Of a stretch of 64,000 nt of DNA, positions 53,095 to 64,000 are shown piece by piece. The position numbers and the translations under genes were made by a program. Each line of letters opens with the position of its first letter. Positions within the stretch are counted from its first letter, which is position 1. Below the pieces are notes generated by a model. The model worked only from the letters and a program-made list of their open reading frames with translations, was not told the origin of the DNA and did no database searches. Source of the stretch: Okamejei kenojei (lineage: Eukaryota); contig CM069134.1 of NCBI GenBank assembly GCA_035221665.1, forward strand, positions 23,064,001 to 23,128,000, in the 5' to 3' direction.

Positions 53095-54724
53095 CAGTGC
53101 CCTCCATAATGTTTGGGACAAAGACCCATCATTTATTTATTTGCCTCCGTACTACACAATGAGATTTGTAATAGAAAAAAAATCACATGTGGTTAAAGTG
53201 CACCATTGTCAGATTTTATTAAAGGGTATTTTTTATACATTTTGGTTTCACCATGTAGAAATTACATCTGTGTTTATATATGGTCCTCCCATTTCAGGGC
53301 ACCATAATGTTTGGGACACATGGCTTCACAGGCATTTGTAATTGCTCAGATGTGCTTAATTGCCTCCTTAATGCAGGTATAAGAGAGCTCTCAGCACCTA
53401 GTCGTTCCATCACATTTGGAAACTCTTATCGCTGTTGATCAACATGAGGACCAAAGTTGTGCCAATGAAAGTCAACGAAGCCATTATGAAACTGAGAAAC
53501 AAGAATAAAACTGTTAGAGACATCAGCCAGACCTTAGGTTTACCAAAATCAACTGTTTGGAACATCAAAAGAAGAAAGAGCGCACTGGTGAGCTTACTAA
53601 TCGCAAACGGACGGGTAGGCCAAGGAAGACCTCCACAGCTAATGACAGAATGATTCTCTCTATAAGAAAGAAAAATCCCCAAACACCTGTTCGACAGAAA
53701 CACTCTTCAGGAGTCAGGTGTGGATTTGTCAATGACCACTGTCCGCAGAAGACTTCATGAACAGAAATACAGAGGCTACACTGCAAGATGCAAACCACTG
53801 GTTAGCCGCAAAAATGGGATGGACAGGTTACAGTTTGCCAAGAAGTCCTTAAAAGAGCAACCACAGTACTGGAAAAAGGTCTTGTGGACAGATGAGACGA
53901 AGATTTACTTATATCAGCGTGACGGCAAGAGCAAAGTGTGGAGGAGAGAAGGAACTGCCAAGATCCAAAGTATACCACCTTATCTGTGAAACACGGTGGT
54001 AGGGGTGTTATGGCCTGGGCATGTATGGCTCACTTATTTTAATTGATGATACAACTGCTGATGGTTGTAGCATGATGAATTTGTATACATAATTGAAGTG
54101 TATATACAAATCTTATCTGCTCAAGATCAAACAAATGCCTCAAACCCATTGGCCAGCGGTTCATTCTACAGCAAGACAATGATCCCAAACATGCTGCTAA
54201 AGTAACAAAGGAGTTTTTCAAAGCTAAAAAATGGTCAATTTGAGTGGCCAAGACAATCACCCGATCTGAACCCAATTGAGCATGCCTTTTATATGCTGAA
54301 GAGAAAAGTGAAGGGGGCTGGCCCCCAAAACAAGCATCAGCTAAAGATGGCAGAAATACAGGCCTGGCAGAGCAGCACCAGAGAAGACACCGAGCAACTG
54401 GTGATGTCCATGAATCGCAAACTTCAAGCAGTCATTGCATGCAAAGGAAATGCAACAAAATACTAAACATGACTACTTTCATTAACATGACATTGCTGTG
54501 TCCCAAACATTATGGTGCTCTGAAATGGGGAGTAACTATGCGTAAACACTGCTGCAATTTCTACATGGTGAAACCAAAATGTATAAAAACACCCTTTATT
54601 TAAATCTGAAAATGTGCACTTTAACCACATGTGATTTTTTTCCGATTACAAATCTCAAATTTTGGAGTACAGAGGCAAATGAATAAATAATGGGTCTTTT
54701 TCCCAAACATTATGGAGGTCACTG
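53095..54724 (+). mobile_element. Full-length decayed Tc1-family transposon (IR/DR type), 1630 bp
   Basis: TA|cagtgccctccataatgtttgggaca ... tcccaaacattatggaggtcactg|TA; about 220-bp TIRs each with two cataatgtttggga direct repeats. Confidence 0.93.
53444..54466 (+). pseudogene. Tc1 transposase pseudogene
   Basis: MRTK..ISQTLGLPKSTVWNI (HTH), GRPRKT, TVRRRL, VLWTDETKI, LQQDNDPKH, WP..SPDLNPIEH, ..ATKY*; several frameshifts. Confidence 0.9.
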
Positions 54725-54939
54725 TAAATACACCAAAGAATCCAGAATTAGTTGACTTGTACAGGGCATATTTTGTTTATTTATAATGCAATTTATTAGG
54801 CTAATATTCAAATTACTTTGTTGCAGATTCCAAGGACCCAAATTTAAGATGTTCAAAATATTTACAACGATGTCAGTAAATGGCTAACCTCGAGTGGATC
54901 TACCATTAGGGATGTATATCCCATTCAGAAGCAGAAATA

Positions 54940-55770
54940 TATCCGCAACTCCCTTGTCAATTCTTCCCTTCCCTCCCGCTCTACCCCTTCCCCGGGCACT
55001 TTCTCTTGCAACCGCAAGAAATGCTACACTTGTCCCTTCACCTCCCCCCTCCACTCCTTTCAGGGACCCAAGCAGTCCTTCCAGGTCCGACAGAGGTTCA
55101 CCTGCACCTCCTCTAACCTCATCTACTGCATCCGCTGCTCCAGATGCCAGATAATCTGTATCGGTGAGACCAAGCGGAGGCTTGGCGATCGTTTCGCCGA
55201 ACACCTCCGCTCGGTCCGCATTAACCAATCCGACCTCCCGGTGGCTCAGCACTTCAACTCCCCCTCCCATTCCATATCCGACCTCTCGGTCCTGGGCCTC
55301 CTCCACGGCCAGAGTGAGCAACACCGCAAGTTGGAGGAACAGCACCTCATATTCCGCTTGGGGAGTCTGCATCCTTTGGGCTTGAACATTGAATTTTCTC
55401 AATTCTGTTAACCCTTGCTGTCTCCTCCCCTTCCCACCTCTCCCTCAGCCCTCGGGCCCTGGCATTCCCTCTCTCTCTATCTCCCTCCCCCACCCTAGTC
55501 GCACCATCTTCTCATTTTCACACCACAAACAGCTTACAATGGCTTGTTCCCTTTATCATTGATACTTTTTTGCATATCTTTCATTGTTCTTTATCTCTCC
55601 ACATCACCGTCTATATCTCTCGTTTCCCTGATCCCTGACCAGTCTGAAGAAGGGTCTCGACCCAAAACGTCGCCTATCTCCTTCGCTCCTTAGATGCTGC
55701 TGCACCCGCTGAGTTTCTCCAGTCTTTTGTGTACCCTCGATTCTCCAGCATCTGCAGTTCCTTCTTTAAC
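54940..55770 (+). mobile_element. Penelope-like element 3' portion: GIY-YIG endonuclease remnant plus terminal repeat
   Basis: CNRKKCYTC linker, then FTCTSSNLIYCIRCSRCQIICIGETKRRLGDRFAEHLRSV..VAQHFN..RKLEEQHLIFRLGSLHPLGLN..F C* (stop about 55410); terminal repeat has a hammerhead-like motif at 55644-55671. Confidence 0.88.
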
Positions 55771-56117
55771 ACATATATTCTGCACTGTTCCATTTGTGTA
55801 GTGGTTCTTCAACAACAATGCAGAATATGGAGAATATATTTGATAGCAGTGTACAAAGGGCGATAAATATTTGGTATTTAGATGACCAATGTTTGCTAAA
55901 CCTTATATTACGTATCACAAGTTTCCAATCATGTATCTTTAACTTCAATCTTATAATATTTAATTACTGCTTGGAATACTGACATGCATATTTTCCTGAG
56001 CCCCATCTTAATAGCTGCTTTATGAATGTTATTTTCATGGTTTTGCTAACTTTTGTTTCTTTCCTCTTCTCTGCCCTTTACAAATCTTATTGCAGATTGC
56101 CTTTAAGGGACCATATG

Positions 56118-56315
56118 AGTCTGAAGAAGGGTCTCGACCCGAAACATCACCTATTCCTTTTCTCCAGAGATGCTGTCTGACCTGCTGAGTTACTCCAGCG
56201 TTTTGTGTCTATCTTCAGTTTAAACCAGCATCTCCAGAGATGCTGTCTGACCTGCTGAGTTACTCCAGCGTTTTGTGTCTATCTTCAGTTTAAACCAGCA
56301 TCTGCAGTTCCTTCC
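56118..56315 (+). mobile_element. Penelope-derived short repeat with hammerhead core and exact 70-bp tandem duplication
   Basis: CTGAAGA A GGGT CTCG ACCC GAAAC ATC at 56121-56148; 56161-56230 identical to 56231-56300. Confidence 0.8.
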
Positions 56316-58477
56316 CATACATATGAGAGAAGAGATCTCCATCCAATGATTCCCTTCTTTGAAAGCGACATTGTTGAAATAACCTATCTTGGACTCAAGT
56401 TTCCTCTCTTGCTATGGTCTTTCCATACTTGGGAATTACAGAAGGCAATCTAACCTCTTTTTTATTTGTACATATTTTAAACATGCACCATGATTAACAT
56501 TGGATCCATGCTCTATTTTTGCTCACTGCTGTTTGGAATAGCTCGTTGCTCATTCTTGAACATGGATAGGAAAATGGCCCAGAATTTACTGGGATTTCCC
56601 AATAATCCTGCTGGAATAAAGCTACTGGAATTTACACTTATGGGGAACAACTGACCCAGGACTCCTGCATGACTGGGGATGTACAGAACCTCCCAGCCAA
56701 ACACCTCCACTGGACACCACAAGGAATAAAATAATAGATTTCCCACACAACTTTCATCAGGCGAGCTCTAGGGCACCGATTGAATGTGGGTTTTTATGCC
56801 TGTGAGTTGAATGCCAAGAATGAGGTAAGTTACTCTTTCCCTTCACCATGTGCGTTTGCTGTAATGTTTTTTGATGTTTTTGTTGTCGTGCAGGATCTTG
56901 CTGATTAGCTCAAGGTTAGCATCAAAAATGTTTCCCAAACTGCAGATGTCAAAAACCTGAAATAAAAACAGAAAATGCTGGGTAAAAAAAAACCCAGCAT
57001 GTCAGTCAGTCAGTATGGGGGAGGAAGTTGTGTTAAAAGGTTTGCTAAAAGGTTGTTGACTTGAAACATTTTTTGTAGATGTCCATATGTACATGCTGAC
57101 CTAATGAGTATTTCTAACATTTTCTGTTATTATTTTTAGTCTGTATCATTATCTTTTTGAATGTGAATAAGACAGTGTATAATAATATATTTTTGGAGCA
57201 GTAATTCCACTCAGCAACATAATGGCCTTTATTTTTAAGAAAGACTATTATCATGGGCATTCACCATTCCAGCACGCTAATTGATATGTGATTAATTGAG
57301 GGAAACTTGAGGTAAAACGTTATTTTGTGAAGCAAGTGCTGAAGTTGCTACACTAGAATAGGATTCAATTATGAGCAATTCTAACAAAACAAACACATAC
57401 TCTAATGGCATGTGCAGGCAATTATCGTTCTTCCATTTTCCTGATGAAACCACTTAACCATATAGTATCTCAGTAAACTAGCTTTGTATCTGCCTGTTTC
57501 TCATCCTTTGTTGTGCATCAGGGCATTAAACCCAACAGAAGGGCATTAGCTCTATAACTGCCTTGAGGCAAAGGGGATGATTTCAGTATGTTGCCTGTAC
57601 CTGTAGGTTAACTAGGTTGGATCATTATTAGACCTTCAACAAATCCTCAGCTGCAATTTACTTGTAAATATATCGGAAAACTCGCAGAAACCTTAAGATT
57701 TACTTTCTGTGCTTTTAATATATCTTTCTTTTTCAGAGCAAGGGATACTTTAGTAACTTTTTTAAAAATAATTCCCAATTTTCCATAATGATAGTTTAAA
57801 AATATAATTATACTTTGACCTATTAATCACTGGATCTTCTTTAGTTTCCAGTCTGTTTACTGGACAATATAATTTCCACCTTGTGTTGCTCTGACATTTA
57901 TTTTTCCCTTTTTACTCTCTGTTTGTTCATTTCACTTCATTTGTCTCCTCGCCTGTAATCTCTTACTGGTCTTTTATTTCAGCTTCTTGCTGCCTTGTTG
58001 TTTCAGCTGGAGAGAAAGTGGGCGATGGATTCTTGGGCTGCAGTTGTTTGGCAGTGCAGTGGTTCCTTGGCTATCAGTTCCTCTGGCATGGTCAGGGAGT
58101 GCTCGGTTTAGCAACATTGAAAAGGGACCTAAAAAGTTGGAACCAAAATAGTAACTGGGACTAAATTGAAAGCATTTACGAAAGGAATGTAATTACTGCA
58201 GCTGCTTAAGAAGTAATAAGTACATTTGTGTTTTCAAAAGTCTAAAAATGGGATTGCAGATGAAGTAAACGTCAAGCACGGTTATGGGGAATGGGTCAAA
58301 ATGTAAGGTAGGGCTTGGGCTCAGTAGTAACAGAATAGCCACTCTGCCCAAGTCCAAGGTGGGAATGATGAAGACCGTGAGTTTGAGTTGGGTTACTACC
58401 TCCAGACCTACTGTGAAGTCAGCAGTGAAAAATATAACATCATAGCCAGCTGTTAAGTAGATCAAACTATCTGTTAT

Positions 58478-58570
58478 AGGCACAAAAAGCTGGAGTAATT
58501 CAGCGGGGCAGGCAGCATCTCTGGAGAGAAGGAATGGGCGATGTTTTGAGTCGAGACCCTTCTTCAAACT
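58478..58570 (-). mobile_element. Penelope-derived short repeat
   Basis: cacaaaaagctggagtaattcagcggggcaggcagcatctctggag..tcgagacccttcttcaa. Confidence 0.7.
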
Positions 58571-59614
58571 ATCTGTTGTCTTTTGAAGACTCACTTGTAG
58601 TCCACGGCAGAGTAAATGGATGAAGCCAATAAAGTGGCTTTTTGTATCTGTGTTCCGTGTATTGTTCTTCATTTTTCTCTCCAAGCACTCGAGCTCCCTG
58701 TGTCCAAATCTGGCAAATACTCTCCATTGCATTTACCCTCTCAATGGCTCATGTGTCTCCTCATTGGTCTTCCATTTCCTTTACAGATCTGCAGCTATTG
58801 AAATTCCCAATCATACCTCACCTCCACATCTCAGGCACTATTTTTTGAGAACTCCGTCTCTTCTAACTTTTTTTGCACATTCACCCATCAAACTAAGAAA
58901 ATGTATTCCTTTTGTTTCTTAGGAATTCCTTCACCCTCCATTTTATTTATAAAGACCTTTAAATAAGGCTAAATCTTTACTGTGAGCTATTTCTCGGATA
59001 TCTCCCAAAATATTTTACTGTTTCCCTTTCAATTACATGCAGGGCTTTATTCATACCCCTCTGTTAACTTTTCTGGTCTTTATTTTCTGCTTCCATTTAT
59101 ATATTTGTTTATTTGTTTTTTGCATTCATAGTCCCTTGATGCATTTTTCTTTGGGTCCTGAGAAATGGGGAGAAACAGATGGCCACATAGGACCATCTGC
59201 CCATCCAGTCATTCAATAAAGTAATGATGCTGTTGACTTTAGACCTTTCTTGCCTGGATAATCAACCTGAAAACATTGACTGCATTTTTCTGAGTAACTC
59301 TAGCATTTTCTATTTTTATTCCTTGATTCACCCATTGTTTAAAACTCGGTCTTTTACAGCAATTAATTTTCCAATCATCAGCATGCATGGCCCTCTGTGG
59401 TAGACAGTCCAAAGGTCTGAAAAGCTTCAAGAAGAAAATTCCTCAATATTCCAGTCTTTAGTTGCCAAAGCCCTCTCGTTAAATCTCCAATTGTACAGTC
59501 CTCCAATTTGTGTCCTTCACATCTTCATAGCATCTCATTCAAGATACTTTTTACACAGTCCGCCTTCGATTGATTCATTTTCAAATTTTAATGCCTTTCA
59601 CATGCACATAACAG

Positions 59615-60150
59615 GAAGAAGGAAGGATGTGCTCTCTCAGGAGGGATGTGCTGGGTCTGGAGAGGGTCCAGAGGAGGTTTACAAGAATGATTCCTGGAAT
59701 GAGTGGATTAACATGCGATGAGCGTTTGACGGCACTGGGCCTATACTTGTTGGAGTTTAGAAGAATGAGGGGGACCTCATTGAAATGTACAGAACAGTGA
59801 AAGGCTTGGATAGAGTGGATGTGGAGAGGATGTTTCCTCGAGTGGGAGAGTCGAGGACTAGAGGTAATAACCTCAGAATTGATGGATGTTCCTTCAGGAA
59901 GGAGATGAGCAGGAATTTATTTAGTCAGAGGGTGGTGAATCTGTGGAATTATTTGCCACAGATGGCTGTGGAGGCTGTCAATGAATATTTTTAAGGCAGA
60001 GATTGATAGATTCTTGATTAGGTGTCAGGGGTTATGGGGAGAAGGCAGGAGAATGGGGTTAGGAGGAAGAGATAGATCAGTCATGATTGAATGGCAGAGT
60101 AGACGATGGGCCGAATGGCCTAATTTTGCTCCTTTCACTCATGACCTTAT
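59615..60150 (+). mobile_element. CR1 LINE 3' fragment
   Basis: KGLDRVDVERMFPRVGESRTRGNNLRI..FSQRVVNLWNYLP; tail gggccgaatggcctaattttgctcct. Confidence 0.85.
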
Positions 60151-61577
60151 GATAGTCACTGTTTCTGAGATGTTCTCCAACCTGTAAATGGCACAAGTTC
60201 CTTTTCTGGAGCACGGCTTTCCTTCAAGGATGAAAATAAGCAGATCTAGGAAGCAGTCCCAAGCATATGGCAGTGATTTCTTAAATGTCTTGTCAGTTAA
60301 ATATTGCTTTTACCTCAATTTATTTTTTGATAACTGAAATCACAAATTAATGTTACTCAATTTTCACTAATTAATCTACGTTCCCTTTTCTATCTCCTGT
60401 CCTGCAGCTCTGCGATGTATAATTTTATTCCAAAACACTAATTATTCCATTCGTATTCCCCAACTGTGACCAAACATATTCTGTTTTTGGACCATGTCCA
60501 GTATGATTCCCAAGATCCAGTGATGTAATTGAATCGCTGAATAATATTGCCACCGCCTTCCTTTCTTCCTACCCTGTCCCTCTATGGAATACCCTGCACC
60601 AGCTCAAGTCATGCAGACTTATGATATCAAACCCACGTTACTTTTACTGGTCCCGTCATTAAGGAAAGTGAATCCTGCCCTCATATGCCATCTTATCATC
60701 ACACATTTAATCCATTAATCCATTGAATATTAAGATCCTCCAGTTTATGCTCCTTAATGCAACTAATTACCAAAACTTTAAAAATTTCTGCATCATTTCA
60801 ACAACTTCAATCAACTTCAATATGTTTGATTGCCTCGACTAAAATCTATGGTCTGTGAAATTCCTTGATCTGACATTTCGTATTCTAACATTTCTAAGAC
60901 ATTTCTTTGAGATAAGGGCTCCTTTAACAATAGAGTGCCCTCTTTCATAAATATTTTAACCATAGCCACTAAAATAAACAGATTATGAGTGGGGATAGAG
61001 TTAATTGGCTGGAAGTGGCCGAGTCCACTTACTTGCAGCAATATTTTGTTTTGTTTTTCTCCAGAAGCCACTTTCGGCTGTTTGGAGACATATCACCTGG
61101 GATGTGCAGCACAAAAGATAACCATGGAAGAACAACTCATTGTGTGTAGTCCACGTTTTAAATATATCCAATTTGGATTAACAAAATGTTCACAAAAGTG
61201 ATCTGACTGGCTCTATTTAGTTTTTTTTTTAATATACTTGGATTTCAGGACTGTTTTACTGGCAAGTACTAAAATTTGCAGGATGAATTTGTTTTCTGTT
61301 TGCTTGGCTCTGTTTTAACTGGCCAACAAATGCATTCAATTTTTTGGAAATTATGTATGAAAATGCTTACACAATATTTCTAGTTGTAATTGTTTTCAAT
61401 TGAGCTTTTTAATTTTTTTTACCCATTTTAAAGTTTACTTTCTCCTCTCTTTCCCATTCTGTCCTGGGGGTTGAACAGGTGGCTAGCTGGCTGTCGGGTC
61501 CCTGCCAGAGGCTTTGTACCTGAGCAGCAGTGTTGATCTCTCACACAATTGTCCCATGAACTTTTTTTTTAAAGTGC

Positions 61578-61792
61578 AGAAAGGAACCGCAGATGCTGAT
61601 TTATACCAAAAAAATAGACACATAGTGCTAGAGTAACTCAGCGAGTCAGGCAGCATCTCTGGATAAAAAGCATGGGTAACGTTTTGGGTCAGGACTGTGT
61701 GAAGAAGGGTCCCGACCCGAAACATCACCCATCCTTTTTCTCCTGAGATGCTGCCTGACCCGCTAAGTTACTCCCGCACTTTGTGTCTATTT
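61578..61792. mobile_element. Palindromic inverted pair of Penelope-derived repeats
   Basis: aaaatagacacatagtgctagagtaactcagcgagtcaggcagcatctc mirrored by gagatgctgcctgacccgctaagttactcccgcactttgtgtctatttt. Confidence 0.75.
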
Positions 61793-62689
61793 TTTAAGTG
61801 CTTAAATGTCCCAGTCACCCTGCTTAAGAGGCTTGGATGACAATAGCTCTTTGCTGTAGCTGTTTCAAACAGATGGCTACTCTCTAAACGGCTCATCTGG
61901 AATTAACGCACAGTCCTCAAAACCTCTAACTTGTAGACTTCTTTTGTAAACCTGCTCACATTCATTTGGTTTTAAAGTACAACCTTAAAGCATGACCCCA
62001 GTGCCAAAACTTCTGTGAAGAGAATGACCATCGGAAATCTTGAGCTGCCTGACTGCTCTCGAGCCAGTTGCTAAGAAGTAACTGATAACTTAAATTACTC
62101 GCTTTCCAATCTCAAGCCCCTTTGTGGTAAAGAGAAAGGTTTTACCACAAGACCTCCTCCATGCAAGCATTTGAACCTGGGTGTCAGTTTTAAGGAGAAT
62201 TATGCAGGAGAAAATGCCTAATTTCAAAGAACATAAAGCAGGATGCTGAATTATTAAATTATGTATACTATGCCCATACAGTGCATCTTTAACAAATAAT
62301 TAGCAAGCTACCAGCTGCTAGATTCATATCCTACATGGGTCATGGATCACACAATGGAATTATGTACAAGGCCTTATCTACATAATGTCTGCTGAAAATA
62401 AATATTTTCTAATGCTCATTTCAGTCGTAATAAATGAGCCATATAAAAACATTTATTTCACAGCCAATAAAAAGAGGAGCAGAATAGACATAAAAATCAG
62501 GGACTTGCTTGCACTTTTTTTAATCTTGCAAATTCTCCTGGATGCCATATGCCATGAAACATTAATCCTCATTCGCCCAGCAGAATAAAACATGAGCAGC
62601 ACATGCTGGCCAATGTATAAGTACTGCATATTGTTTGAGTCAAAAACTGGGCTTACAGAGGTTTAATCTATTAGAATTATACTATTTAC

Positions 62690-62767
62690 CTCTTGCTGTC
62701 GACGTACATTGCTCTGTAACATCTGTGTAACATAATGGGTCAATGGCTGCAGGACATTTGAACCCAG
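62690..62767 (-). CDS. ZFHX4: Candidate small ZFHX4 exon (78 bp; alternative acceptor at 62746 gives 57 bp)
   Basis: ttttctgaag|CT..AGA G|gtaaat, phase 1/1, open: GFKCPAAIDPLCYTDVTEQCTSTAR; CxxD[VL]TEQ matches the recalled small human exon (TCDDDLTEQ); acceptors are weak. Confidence 0.4.
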
Positions 62768-63599
62768 CTTCAGAAAACTATTGATGTTTTAATGTCTTCA
62801 ACTCAAATGTTTATTCAGCCTCCAATGATGTAATGTGATAGAAAGAACTTTCGTAATTTGTGAAATGAATATTCATTTCGAGATACATGGAATCACTAAA
62901 TATCCATTTCGCACACTGGGAAAGTTTTCTTTAGCATTTCTTCAATGGTGATATCTCTATACATGGCAGCGGCAATGAATTTAATTTTCAATTGCAATTT
63001 ACAGCATATGGTTGTGATTAATAACACAAACTTTGCGTAATGGCAGAACACAGCAAGTGAAAGTCAATAAGAATTGTTTGAACTGATTGTGTGACCTAAG
63101 AAAACAATAACACTGGCTCAAGGCCAAGATTATTACTCTGTGTCCCTGATTATTTCAATATCATGATAATATTAAATTATTTTGCATTTATGGAAGAAAA
63201 CTGGTGGAAGGGGGAGGGGTCATTGGCGTGTGGAATCTATGGAATCTGTTTTTCCATCAAAGCTCAGGAGATTTGAACAAAATCAATGCATGTACATCCA
63301 AAGCACTTTTAAAGGTTCTGTAAAACAAATCTTTCAAACAGGCATTGGTTTAATGTTATTAAGCTTTACTTCGATCTGGTGAGTAATGCAGAAACGGGCC
63401 AGTTCCCTGTGCTCACACTCCTGGATGAGCTTATCATGTGAATCTTTCTGCAAATACAGCCCAAGAGCTAAATGTTGCAACACTCAATCCAGAGTTACAT
63501 GCGGAAAATAAATAGCTCAGCCTTCACCACTGCAGCCTTTCTTTAACTGCACTCCATTCGTGAAGCATTGCAATGAGTGTACAAAATTATGAGAGGAAT

Positions 63600-63930
63600 A
63601 GAATTGGGTAAACGCACAGAGTCTCTTGCCCAGACTAGGGGAATTGAGAACCAAAGGACATCGGTTTAAGGTGAGGGGGGGAATAGGAACCTGAGGGGTA
63701 ACTTTTTTTTTTAACGCAAAGGGTGGCGAGTGTATACAACGAGCTGCCGGAGGAGGTAGTTGAGGCAGGTACTATTGCAAAGTGTAAGAAACATTTAGGC
63801 AGGTACATGGATAGGACAGGTTCAGAGTGATATGGGTCAAACGCAGGCAGGTGAGACCAGTATAGATGGGACATGTTTGTCGGTGTGGGCAAGTTGGGCC
63901 GAATGGCCTTTTTCCACACTGTATGACTCA
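63600..63930 (+). mobile_element. CR1/HER1 3' fragment
   Basis: gagctgccggaggaggtagttgaggcagg..gggccgaatggccttttt ccacactgtatgactc. Confidence 0.8.
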
Positions 63931-64000
63931 ATGGCCCATATTCTATTCATTTTTTAAAGCCCAACAGGTTTAACTCTGCAATTTAGACTCGACAGCGGGT

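Noticed and set aside
54884-55402. 172-aa minus-strand ORF
   Set aside because: Antisense shadow of the plus-strand GIY-YIG remnant.
57960-58130. Plus-strand polypyrimidine tract with AG acceptors suggesting an antisense exon
   Set aside because: No convincing donor, ORF or partner exon; cannot be supported from sequence alone.
58193-58922. 179-aa and neighbouring ORFs
   Set aside because: Run through a repeat copy; no recognisable protein or exon structure.

Overview
Vertebrate genomic DNA, very likely a cartilaginous fish (skate/ray-like), inferred from its HE1-type V-SINEs, HER1/CR1 LINE tails and Deu-domain SINEs. The window lies inside a minus-strand ZFHX4 gene (zinc-finger homeobox 4). 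Five coding exons can be spliced in frame: 25303-25422, 19881-20014, 19158-19358, 5159-5279 and a large exon from 2982 that runs off the window at position 1 and encodes five C2H2 fingers, an (AQ)n tract, two poly-Pro tracts and two homeodomains. A sixth small exon is a candidate at about 62690-62767. The introns are packed with transposon remnants: CR1 LINEs, V-SINEs, Rex1/L2-like LINEs, a HERO-like RLE LINE end, a Gypsy integrase relic, a full-length decayed IR/DR Tc1, three Harbinger-type MITEs, a non-autonomous Helitron and a Penelope-like element. The most notable signal is a high-copy Penelope-derived short repeat carrying a minimal hammerhead-ribozyme core, often as inverted pairs. Comparisons to human proteins and repeat families are from memory, not database searches; repeat boundaries are approximate unless TSDs/TIRs are quoted.
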